A stretch of DNA of 32,000 bases from an uncultured archaeon (GCA_964496765.1 CAZCAP010000004.1:22956-54955), one strand, 5' to 3'; counted from the first letter of the stretch, positions 8,042 through 14,695 are shown. Notes: a model not told the origin generated them from the sequence alone. Made by a program: numbers and translations.

Positions 8042-8218
8042 TTATTCAGCTTTTGGTTCTTCAGCTTTTGGTTCTTCAGCTTTTGGTTCTTCAACCTTTG
8101 GTTCTTCAACCTTTGGTTCTTCAACTTTTGTTTCTTCAACTTTTGTTTCTTCAACTTTTGGTTCTTCAACTTTTGGTTCTTCAACTTTTGTTTCTTCAAC
8201 TTTTGTTTCTTCAGTCAT
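8042..8218 (-). CDS. Repeat-only 58-codon micro-ORF: MT(EETKV)2(EEPKV)2(EETKV)2(EEPKV)2(EEPKA)3E
   Basis: ATG 8218 is preceded by the same GGAGT-N9 ribosome-binding context as rps28e. Stop is TAA at 8042-8044. It is in a different frame from the track ORF 8011..8199, which starts at TTG and encodes KKQKL repeats. Confidence 0.45.
   Translation of the reverse strand: MTEETKVEETKVEEPKVEEPKVEETKVEETKVEEPKVEEPKVEEPKAEEPKAEEPKAE
8048..8212 (-). repeat. In-frame tandem repeat, 15-bp unit x11, with a 60-bp higher-order unit x2
   Basis: Plus strand ttcaRcttttgKttc reiterated, read directly from the sequence. Confidence 0.95.
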
Positions 8219-8242
8219 ATAAATCTAACTCCTTTATTTTTT

Positions 8243-8902
8243 TTATTCAGCCTTTGGTTCTGCAACCTTATGCTCAACTTTTGGTGCTTCCTTGTGTTCA
8301 ACCTTTGGTTCTACAACCTTATGCTCAACTTTTGGTGCTTCCTTATGTTCAGCCTTTGGTTCTACAACCTTATGCTCAACTTTTGGAGCTTCCTTGTGTT
8401 CAGCCTTTGGTTCTACAACCTTATGCTCAACTTTTGGAGCTTCCTTGTGTTCAGCCTTTGGTTCTACAACCTTATGCTCAGCTTTTGGTGCTTCCTTGTG
8501 TACAGGTGCTTTATGTTCAGCCTTTGGTGCTTCCTTGTGTTCAGTTATTTCCTGAATCTTACCAATAAGTGATTGTAATTCTTTTGTTACAACTCCAGCA
8601 TCCATTACAGCTATACAACTAGCTTTTGCAGAAATTCCAACTGCTTTTCCAAGATCATCCTTTGTTTTCACATAGGTGTATGGAATGTTTTTTTCTTTTG
8701 CAATTACAGGGATGTGCATTACGATTTCAACAGGTGTAACATCTTCAGCAATAACAACTAATTTAGCTGTATTTCTTTCAATTGCTTTAGTAACTTCATT
8801 TATACCTATCTTTATCTTACCTGATTTTGCAATTTTTTTAAGAGTCTCATCTTGAAGAGATCTTAAATCCTCTGATACAGAAAACTTTATGTAATCTGAC
8901 AT
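8243..8902 (-). CDS. rpl7ae: 50S ribosomal protein L7Ae (eL8 family, K-turn binder) with a 99-aa repeat tail
   Basis: Core of ~120 aa (GINEVTKAIERNTAKLVVIAEDV.P.EIV.H.P....KNIPY.YV..K..LG.A.G). GGAGGT SD 9 nt upstream of the ATG. The tail is EHKEAPKV/EHKVVEPKA reiterated. Confidence 0.93.
   Translation of the reverse strand: MSDYIKFSVSEDLRSLQDETLKKIAKSGKIKIGINEVTKAIERNTAKLVVIAEDVTPVEIVMHIPVIAKEKNIPYTYVKTKDDLGKAVGISAKASCIAVMDAGVVTKELQSLIGKIQEITEHKEAPKAEHKAPVHKEAPKAEHKVVEPKAEHKEAPKVEHKVVEPKAEHKEAPKVEHKVVEPKAEHKEAPKVEHKVVEPKVEHKEAPKVEHKVAEPKAE
8246..8542 (-). repeat. In-frame tandem repeat, 51-bp unit (17 aa, EHKEAPKVEHKVVEPKA), ~4.5 near-identical copies plus degenerate flanks
   Basis: Plus-strand unit cagcctttggttctacaaccttatgctcaacttttggWgcttccttgtgtt recurs at 51-bp spacing. 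Confidence 0.95.
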
Positions 8903-8911
8903 AATACTTCT

Positions 8912-8934
8912 ACCTCCATGGTTTTGTCATCGGT
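8912..8934 (-). promoter_or_regulatory. Candidate K-turn hairpin in the rpl7ae 5' leader that incorporates the Shine-Dalgarno sequence
   Basis: RNA is ACC-GAU-GA-CA-AAACCA-UG-GA-GGU. It has a 3-bp C stem (ACC/GGU), a 3-nt bulge, tandem G.A/A.G pairs, 2 further bp and a 6-nt loop. The 3' arm GGAGGU is the SD, 9 nt from the ATG. Confidence 0.45.
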
Positions 8935-8958
8935 TTTTTTGTTAAAAAATAGCTTTAA

Positions 8959-8995
8959 CTATATATATTATATATAGGGAAAAGTATATAAATAG
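8959..8995 (-). promoter_or_regulatory. Probable rpl7ae promoter region (TATA-like elements)
   Basis: Minus strand reads CTATTTATATAC and then the 9-1-9 palindrome CTATATATA-A-TATATATAG, 25-60 nt upstream of the K-turn candidate. It follows a T-rich terminator zone. Confidence 0.35.
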
Positions 8996-9002
8996 ATAGA
9001 TG

Positions 9003-9037
9003 AAAAAGAAAAAGAAAAAATTAAATTATTGAAAAAA
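9003..9037 (-). terminator. Oligo-T tract cluster downstream of the TrmB-like gene
   Basis: Minus strand reads GCTTTTTTCAATAATTTAATTTTTTCTTTTTCTTTTTCA, starting 6 nt after the stop. Confidence 0.4.
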
Positions 9038-9043
9038 GCAATT

Positions 9044-9769
9044 CTACTTCTTCCAGTAATCATCAAAATGAGAAAGCAATGCTGTTGCAAGACTTGGATT
9101 ATTCTCTAGAACAGTAAGATGATATGATTTTTTTGGATTTGTTAAATCTGTTAAAGCCATAATTATTTTCTTTCTATCAAGAACAAATGCATCCAAAGAA
9201 TGATTAACTTCCTGAACATTAAAATGCTTAGGTAAGTCATGCACCTTGGTCATTGATTTTGTTAAAAACTTCACAGAAATATTTTTGTTTGCCATTAAAC
9301 CTTTAAATGCATCAGCTCTATCATCCATGTGTGTAAACCCATGAACTTCCTTTTGCACACTTTGAAATTCCTGTGCTAAAAATTTATTATAATCTTTAAT
9401 ATTATTAACCTGTAATATTTTTTCAGTTGGACCATTTGCTTTCTCTGACCAATGTTTACCAGCAACAAGCTCATCAACCTTTCCAGCGAGTTCTTTAAAT
9501 TCTTTACTTTTAACTAAAAGTAAATTATTAAATATTTCATCAGGATTAATAACTTTATAGGTTTTTGGTTTCTTATAAACTTCTAGAACAAGCCCTCTTT
9601 CTTTTAACTTTTCAAGAACATCATATATTCTTGTTTTAGGGATTTCTGAATTTCTACTTATTGTTGGAGCATCACATTCAGAAAATTTAAATAAAGTAAC
9701 TAGTGCTTTTGCTTCATATTCTGTTAAATTAAGCTCTTTTAATAATCCAACAACATTATTTTCTTTCAT
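9044..9769 (-). CDS. TrmB-family transcriptional regulator (winged HTH plus C-terminal domain)
   Basis: N-terminus LKELNLTEYEAKALVTLFKF...APTISRNSEIPKTRIYDVLEKLKERGLV is the TrmB HTH signature. The track start at 9778 is GTG. ATG 9769 is preceded by GGGTG. Confidence 0.8.
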   Translation of the reverse strand: MKENNVVGLLKELNLTEYEAKALVTLFKFSECDAPTISRNSEIPKTRIYDVLEKLKERGLVLEVYKKPKTYKVINPDEIFNNLLLVKSKEFKELAGKVDELVAGKHWSEKANGPTEKILQVNNIKDYNKFLAQEFQSVQKEVHGFTHMDDRADAFKGLMANKNISVKFLTKSMTKVHDLPKHFNVQEVNHSLDAFVLDRKKIIMALTDLTNPKKSYHLTVLENNPSLATALLSHFDDYWKK

Positions 9770-9820
9770 ATCTTGCACCCATTACTAATTATATTAATAT
9801 AAAACTATATTATATATATT

Positions 9821-9857
9821 ACCATATGGTTTAAATAGTTAACTATAACACGTTAAC
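9821..9857 (-). promoter_or_regulatory. Palindrome cluster upstream of the TrmB-like gene: ACCATATGGT plus two GTTAAC hexamers 14 bp apart
   Basis: ACCATATGGT at 9821-9830 is a perfect 10-bp palindrome, with TATA-like tracts on both sides (TATTTAAA upstream at 9831-9837, AATATATATAATATAG downstream at 9805-9820 toward the gene). GTTAAC occurs at 9838-9843 and 9852-9857. Confidence 0.3.
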
Positions 9858-9865
9858 AGTTCTTT

Positions 9866-10660
9866 TTAATTCACAACTGATTTTTCAAGCCTTTCAAATC
9901 TTCCCTGTCTTCTTGGTCCAAATCCAGTTCCTGCTCCTCCAGGTCTTGAAAATCTACTTGATCCAAATCTTGAAGAGTTTCTGGACATTTCCTTATCATC
10001 CTTTGAATCATCTGAAAGAGTGTACACAAAATCTTCGATTTTATAGGCATACTCTGCCTCTGATTTTATAAGCCCATTCATTATCATAAGTTCTCTATTT
10101 AAAAGCCAAAAGAACAATGCAACAGATTTTCTTCCTTTATTATTAAAAGGAATTATTAAATCAATATCTCTAACATTACTTGAAGTGGTTGATAGTGCTG
10201 CAATCGGAGCTCTTATTTTCTTAGCTTCAACAATAGCCTGTCTATCTATGTTTGGATCAATAATAAATACCATTTTAGGTTCAGTAAAATGTTCTGATTC
10301 TGGATTTGTAAATGTTCCTGGAATAAATCTATCAACCTTTACATTATATCCGAAATTTTTTTCAAGTAATTTTAAACCAAATAAAGCATATTTTTTTCTA
10401 GATACAAACATAATATCGCTTGGATTGTATTTCGATATAAAATCAATTGCAATCTTTATTCTTTTATCAATTATTTGAACATCCATAACATTTAATTTAT
10501 CACTTCTAGATTTAAAGATAAATCTTCTCATGGCACCATTTTTATACTTGGTACCGATGTGAATTCCATTCTTTAAATAGAGATCAACATTAACTAATGT
10601 TCTCATTCCAGAATTTACTGGAGAATTATTATTTTCTTTTGATTCGTTTGCTTTTTCCAT
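9866..10660 (-). CDS. rps2: 30S ribosomal protein S2 (uS2) with an RG/SRF-rich C-terminal tail
   Basis: LYLKNGIHIGTK...FVSRKKYA...IIDPNIDRQAIVEA.K..IP..AL..T. Confidence 0.92.
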   Translation of the reverse strand: MEKANESKENNNSPVNSGMRTLVNVDLYLKNGIHIGTKYKNGAMRRFIFKSRSDKLNVMDVQIIDKRIKIAIDFISKYNPSDIMFVSRKKYALFGLKLLEKNFGYNVKVDRFIPGTFTNPESEHFTEPKMVFIIDPNIDRQAIVEAKKIRAPIAALSTTSSNVRDIDLIIPFNNKGRKSVALFFWLLNRELMIMNGLIKSEAEYAYKIEDFVYTLSDDSKDDKEMSRNSSRFGSSRFSRPGGAGTGFGPRRQGRFERLEKSVVN

Positions 10661-10689
10661 TTGTTTTCACATTTTATTAATTTCTATTT

Positions 10690-10881
10690 TTAATATTCCA
10701 TAATCTCATCTATTGTTTCAACATGTGATAGGAACATTCGTCTACAACAATATTTGGTTACTCCAAGGTGATCTAAAGCTTGAGCTTCTGTTTTTTTCTC
10801 TTCTTTAATTAATCTTAAATATTCATCATACTTATCAGCAACAACCTGACCGCATGAAAAACAACGAACTGGAATTATCAT
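10690..10881 (-). CDS. rpoN: DNA-directed RNA polymerase subunit Rpo10 (N)
   Basis: [21 protein letters not shown]...YCCRRM. The GGTGA SD overlaps the rps9 stop codon. Confidence 0.93.
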   Translation of the reverse strand: MIIPVRCFSCGQVVADKYDEYLRLIKEEKKTEAQALDHLGVTKYCCRRMFLSHVETIDEIMEY

Positions 10882-10888
10882 ATATCAT

Positions 10889-11293
10889 TCACCTCTTAGA
10901 GTGTTGCTTTTTCTTTCTAGCACCTAAACCAAGTTGTTTCTTTGGTTCTTTATTCCTCACATCATCAACAACCATGTAACGATCATAGGCAATCATTTTA
11001 TCTCTTAATGTTTTCTTATTACCACCAGCAAGTAAAATTCCTTTTGCAATACAAGATCTAACTGCTTGTGTTTGAGCAGAAGTTCCTCCACCAGATACGT
11101 GAACAAAAAAATCATAGCGAGAAAATTCATCAGGAACTACTTCTGAAACTTCTAATATAAGATCCCTATTATAACCTCTACTAAAAACATCTAGTGTTTT
11201 ATTATTAACTCTAATGTTTCCAGCTCCTGGTTTTATTGTGGCTCTTGCCATTGCGGTTTTTCTTGATGATTTAACTGTATAATTTTTTACCAT
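10889..11293 (-). CDS. rps9: 30S ribosomal protein S9 (uS9)
   Basis: GGGTSAQTQAVRSCIAKGIL and a C-terminal ...KKKQHSKR. Confidence 0.93.
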   Translation of the reverse strand: MVKNYTVKSSRKTAMARATIKPGAGNIRVNNKTLDVFSRGYNRDLILEVSEVVPDEFSRYDFFVHVSGGGTSAQTQAVRSCIAKGILLAGGNKKTLRDKMIAYDRYMVVDDVRNKEPKKQLGLGARKKKQHSKR

Positions 11294-11325
11294 AGTTTAT
11301 CATTCTTTTATTTTTTTATTAATTT

Positions 11326-11739
11326 TTATTTAAGCTTAGCTCCAAGATATTTTGCAATTTCCTTTAAAGTAACGTGCTCAAGATCCTTTAATTTTTCTTC
11401 CTTTGGTACTTCCTTTGCATATGCTTCTGGAACATCAAGGAAAACCATTAATCTTTTCAATGCAACTGCTCCTTTTGGACTTCTTGGAAGCATTCCCCTA
11501 ACTGTTCTTTTAACAATCATATGTGGATATCTAGGATATTTTGGATTGTTTTCTGGATTTCCATGTTGCTTTTTTTCTGTTCTCTCGTGATACTTATTAA
11601 GAACTGATTTTTTATCTCCACTAATAATTACTTCGCTTGCATTAACAACAATTACCTTTTCTCTTGATTTTATTAGAGTTTCAGCTACATTCGTTGCAAG
11701 TCTTCCTAAAACTTTATTTTTACCATTTATTACAATCAT
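11326..11739 (-). CDS. rpl13: 50S ribosomal protein L13 (uL13)
   Basis: MIVINGKNKVLGRLATNVAE...MLPRSPKG. The track start at 11748 is a GTG inside AGGTG, so ATG 11739 is preferred. Confidence 0.92.
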   Translation of the reverse strand: MIVINGKNKVLGRLATNVAETLIKSREKVIVVNASEVIISGDKKSVLNKYHERTEKKQHGNPENNPKYPRYPHMIVKRTVRGMLPRSPKGAVALKRLMVFLDVPEAYAKEVPKEEKLKDLEHVTLKEIAKYLGAKLK

Positions 11740-11755
11740 AGATAACACCTAAATT

Positions 11756-12124
11756 TCATTTAATAATAATTGCTTTTTTATAATCAATAGAATCTTTACA
11801 AAAATCCTTTATTGATTTTATATCCTTATATTTTGTTTTTGCAGATTCAGATATTGAATTCGCATAAATTATTATTTTTTTATTTAAAACACCAGAACCC
11901 AAAAGTTTACCAGGAACAATTACAATGGCTCCATCTTTAACTATTTTTAGAGTTTCTAGTTTACTTAAGTTAACCTTATTTTCTCTTCTTCTAGATACAT
12001 TTATTAATTCTGCAACTCTAATATAAATCTCTTTTTTCTTTTGTTTTCCTGTTGCATAAAGTAAATCAATGATTCCTTTTTTTTCAATATTCATAACATC
12101 TTTTTTCATTGTCATATAAACCAT
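11756..12124 (-). CDS. rpl18e: 50S ribosomal protein L18e (eL18)
   Basis: RRRENKVNLSKL...DGAIVIVPGKLLGSGVLNKK. Conserved position after the tRNA and rpoD. Which of three ATGs (12124, 12115, 12109) is used is unclear. Confidence 0.88.
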   Translation of the reverse strand: MVYMTMKKDVMNIEKKGIIDLLYATGKQKKKEIYIRVAELINVSRRRENKVNLSKLETLKIVKDGAIVIVPGKLLGSGVLNKKIIIYANSISESAKTKYKDIKSIKDFCKDSIDYKKAIIIK

Positions 12125-12153
12125 CTTTTTTAATACTATTTTTTGATTTAAAA

Positions 12154-12235
12154 TGCAGGGAACAGGATTCGAACCTGCGAAGCACTAAGCACAGGATCTT
12201 AAGTCCTGCCCCTTTGACCACTCGGGAACCCCTGC
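12154..12235 (-). tRNA. tRNA-Leu: tRNA-Leu (anticodon UAA), 82 nt, long variable arm, no intron, CCA not encoded
   Basis: Minus strand reads GCAGGGGTTCCCGAGTGGTCAAAGGGGCAGGACTTAAGATCCTGTGCTTAGTGCTTCGCAGGTTCGAATCCTGTTCCCTGCA. Acceptor stem GCAGGGG/TCCCTGC (one G.U pair), anticodon stem CAGGA/TCCTG with loop CTTAAGA, and T-loop GGTTCGAATCC. Confidence 0.93.
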
Positions 12236-12259
12236 CTAATCATTCACAATCCCTTGAGC

Positions 12260-12997
12260 CTACTTTAATTTTTTCTTTAATACTGATATATACTCCTTAT
12301 TATACCTTTCAAGTAATTCTAATAATTCTTTTATATTAGTTTGACCAATCAATTCAATGTTCAATATATAATTACTAGTACCATTAAGTTTTAAACACTC
12401 TTTTTTACAAGAATCCATACAAGCTAAACAGCCATCACACATTTCAGAATTTTTTAAAACAGGCTTTCCACCATGCATCTCAATACATTTTTTTGGGCAT
12501 GCCACAGCACACAATTTACAAGAATCACAACCTTTTTTTGTTTCAAGCTCATACATCTGTGTATAGGAAACAATTGCAGGAGAATATTTAACATGATCAT
12601 GGCCAACTCCAAGTGTAGCATAGGCATGTAATTTTAAAATCTCATTTTTATTTAGTTTGGTTAAATTTATTGTATCATATGCTACTTTAATATCATTATC
12701 TGAAGAAATTAAATCCTTGGAATAAACAATTCCTGGACCTTCTTTTTCAAGTATAAAGGTTACTTTTTTACCAGTATTAACTAATGGAGTATTAATTGGA
12801 GTTAATGCGATTCTATTTGCAAGCAACTCATCAATTATGCATGAATCGTTTTCATAAAATTCAATTTCATCTATTGCATAGGTAGGAAGACGATAACCTA
12901 TTGATCTTCTAAGGGTATTAAGATAAACAACATCAGTGTTTTCAATAATAAATCTATATGTTTTTTTATCGTTATCTAAAAACTTTACTCTTACCAT
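12260..12997 (-). CDS. rpoD: DNA-directed RNA polymerase subunit Rpo3 (D) with a di-cluster ferredoxin-like insert
   Basis: N-terminus ...VYLNTLRRSI.. (alpha-motif-like). Insert is CDSCKLCAVACP...CDGCLACMDSC. Confidence 0.9.
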   Translation of the reverse strand: MVRVKFLDNDKKTYRFIIENTDVVYLNTLRRSIGYRLPTYAIDEIEFYENDSCIIDELLANRIALTPINTPLVNTGKKVTFILEKEGPGIVYSKDLISSDNDIKVAYDTINLTKLNKNEILKLHAYATLGVGHDHVKYSPAIVSYTQMYELETKKGCDSCKLCAVACPKKCIEMHGGKPVLKNSEMCDGCLACMDSCKKECLKLNGTSNYILNIELIGQTNIKELLELLERYNKEYISVLKKKLK

Positions 12998-13039
12998 ATT
13001 TGTACACTCGCCTATTTATTAATATTTATTTAATTTATT

Positions 13040-13426
13040 TTATTTTTTGGTTCTATACCCTTTCTTTTTTCTACAACCATCATGTGGGATAGGAGTTGTA
13101 TTTTGAATACTTAATATTCTAAGCCCATATCTTGTTAATGATTTAAGAGCTGGTTCTGCTCCTTGTCCAGGATTATTATAAAGATTCCCACCTGGTGCTC
13201 TAATCTTAACATGAACCTCTCCGATTCCTCTATCTCTTGCTTTTTCAGCAATAATTTGTCCGATCTTCATAGCAATGTATGGTGACCCTTCCTTGTGCTG
13301 TGATTTGGTTAATTGTCCACCTGATGATTTTGCAATAATTTCTGCTCCTGTTTCATCAGTCAACACAACAATAGTATTATTTCTTGATGCAAAAATATTT
13401 ACAATTCCTATTTTATCTCCAGCCAT
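13040..13426 (-). CDS. rps11: 30S ribosomal protein S11 (uS11)
   Basis: GIVNIFASRNNTIVVLTD.TG....SSGG...IRAPGG. GGAGTGAT SD. Confidence 0.93.
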   Translation of the reverse strand: MAGDKIGIVNIFASRNNTIVVLTDETGAEIIAKSSGGQLTKSQHKEGSPYIAMKIGQIIAEKARDRGIGEVHVKIRAPGGNLYNNPGQGAEPALKSLTRYGLRILSIQNTTPIPHDGCRKKKGYRTKK

Positions 13427-13432
13427 ATTTCA

Positions 13433-14029
13433 TCACTCCACTTTTCCCTCTTTATTTTCTACGTTAGCTGGTGTGTGCTTATTATTTTCTGTTTTATTAT
13501 CTTTATCTTTTAAAATGGGTTTACCTTTCATTTCAATAGATTTATCAATTACATTTTTAATATGTGTTTTTGTGTAAGATATAACCTCATCAACTCTAAC
13601 AATAGATCCGGGAATATTTCTTTTTCTTCCATTAATTGCAATATGTCCGTGAACAATTAATTGACGAGCTTGAAGTGGAGTTAATGCAAGTCCTTTTCTC
13701 AGAACAATAGTTTGTAATCTTCTATCCAAAAAATCAGTTAAAGTTAATTTTAAAACATCTTCAATCGTATGATCCTTTGTGAATATTCCAAGCTTAATTA
13801 ATCTACCTAAAATTTCAGTCTTTCTAATTTCGAAATTATCAGATCTACCAGCTAAAAGAAGTCTTGCTCTTTTTCTTAATTCTCTCACCTCGGTTTCTGC
13901 TTTCCAAAGTTCTTTTTTTGTTCTAAGACCATACTCATCCATGATTTTTCTATCTGCAAGTATTCTTTGCTTGTTCCACTTCATTCTTGGAACATCATAT
14001 AATCTATTTAATCTTTTTGGATCACCCAT
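13433..14029 (-). CDS. rps4: 30S ribosomal protein S4 (uS4)
   Basis: MGDPKRLNRLYDVPRMKWNK...YGLRTKKELWK; S4 domain LDRRLQTIV....A.T..QARQLI.HGHI. Confidence 0.93.
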   Translation of the reverse strand: MGDPKRLNRLYDVPRMKWNKQRILADRKIMDEYGLRTKKELWKAETEVRELRKRARLLLAGRSDNFEIRKTEILGRLIKLGIFTKDHTIEDVLKLTLTDFLDRRLQTIVLRKGLALTPLQARQLIVHGHIAINGRKRNIPGSIVRVDEVISYTKTHIKNVIDKSIEMKGKPILKDKDNKTENNKHTPANVENKEGKVE

Positions 14030-14045
14030 AATTTTTCACATTAAC

Positions 14046-14669
14046 TTATTTTCTATCCTTTTGTTTTGTAACACCAACAGATGCACCTTTTCTAAAAGTG
14101 GATCTTGTTCTTTGTCCTCTTACAGGAAGACCCCACTGTAATCTAAGTCCTCTGTAGCTCTTTAATTTACCTAATTTTTGTACTTCTTTTCTTTGAGCAA
14201 GTTTTAAATCTGCCATAATCAAATGTGCGTTTTTTGTTTCGATTCCATCATCAAGCTTAATTCTGTTAAGTAACCATGTGGGAACCTCTTTATCTAGCTC
14301 TTCAATAATCTTATCAAGAACAATAACTTCATCATCTGTTAAATAACCAACTTTATTAATATTTTTTCCAATTTTTTCTAAAAACTTTTTTTCAATTATT
14401 CTACCTAATCTAGTACTAATTCCATAGATCATCACAAGTCCATCTCCGATCTTTAAATACCCAGGAATATCAGTGGTGCATATTCTAACAATTCCTCTAA
14501 AATCCTGACTCTCTTTAGATAGATCTAAATGACTTGGAACTGCTCTTTGCTTTGAATAAATTCTTTCAGGTCTATTTTCCTTAATTCCAAGAGAAGAATC
14601 CTTCTTTACTTTCTTATCGGTTTGTTTAGCTCCTTTTTTTGGAGCTTCTTTTTTCTTTTTTACAGCCAT
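14046..14669 (-). CDS. rps13: 30S ribosomal protein S13 (uS13) with a ~55-aa K-rich N-terminal extension
   Basis: FRGIVRICTTDIPG...YGIS...; C-terminal RGLRLQWGLPVRGQRTRS. There is no alternative start codon between the ATG and the conserved core. Confidence 0.9.
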   Translation of the reverse strand: MAVKKKKEAPKKGAKQTDKKVKKDSSLGIKENRPERIYSKQRAVPSHLDLSKESQDFRGIVRICTTDIPGYLKIGDGLVMIYGISTRLGRIIEKKFLEKIGKNINKVGYLTDDEVIVLDKIIEELDKEVPTWLLNRIKLDDGIETKNAHLIMADLKLAQRKEVQKLGKLKSYRGLRLQWGLPVRGQRTRSTFRKGASVGVTKQKDRK

Positions 14670-14695
14670 ATTTAATCAATTTTATTTTTTATTTT

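Noticed and set aside
8011-8199. Track ORF encoding MKKQKLKNQKLKNQKL...
   Set aside because: It is the wrong frame of the 15-bp repeat. It starts at TTG without an SD and overlaps the rps28e start. The E/P/K/V frame (8042..8218) has an ATG and a duplicated rps28e-type ribosome-binding site.
8040-8545. Regularly spaced direct repeats that could be mistaken for a CRISPR array (also at 1598-1747)
   Set aside because: The repeats are contiguous, with no unique spacers, and have periods of 15 and 51 bp. They sit in frame inside or next to ribosomal protein genes, and no cas genes are present. They are coding tandem repeats.
7961-8572. Plus-strand ORFs 7961..8572, 8053..8568 and 8292..8555 (FWFF, LVLQ and CSTFG repeats)
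   Set aside because: These are antisense frames of the rps28e / micro-ORF / L7Ae tail repeats, with the same artefact as above. They have no start context.
8959-8977. The 19-bp palindrome CTATATATATTATATATAG as a specific regulator-binding site
   Set aside because: It is essentially an (AT)n tract, which is palindromic by construction. It is more simply explained as TATA-box material of the rpl7ae promoter.
12109-12339. Plus-strand 76-aa ORF
   Set aside because: It runs antisense across the tRNA-Leu gene and the rpoD 3' end. The GC-rich tRNA simply removes stop codons.
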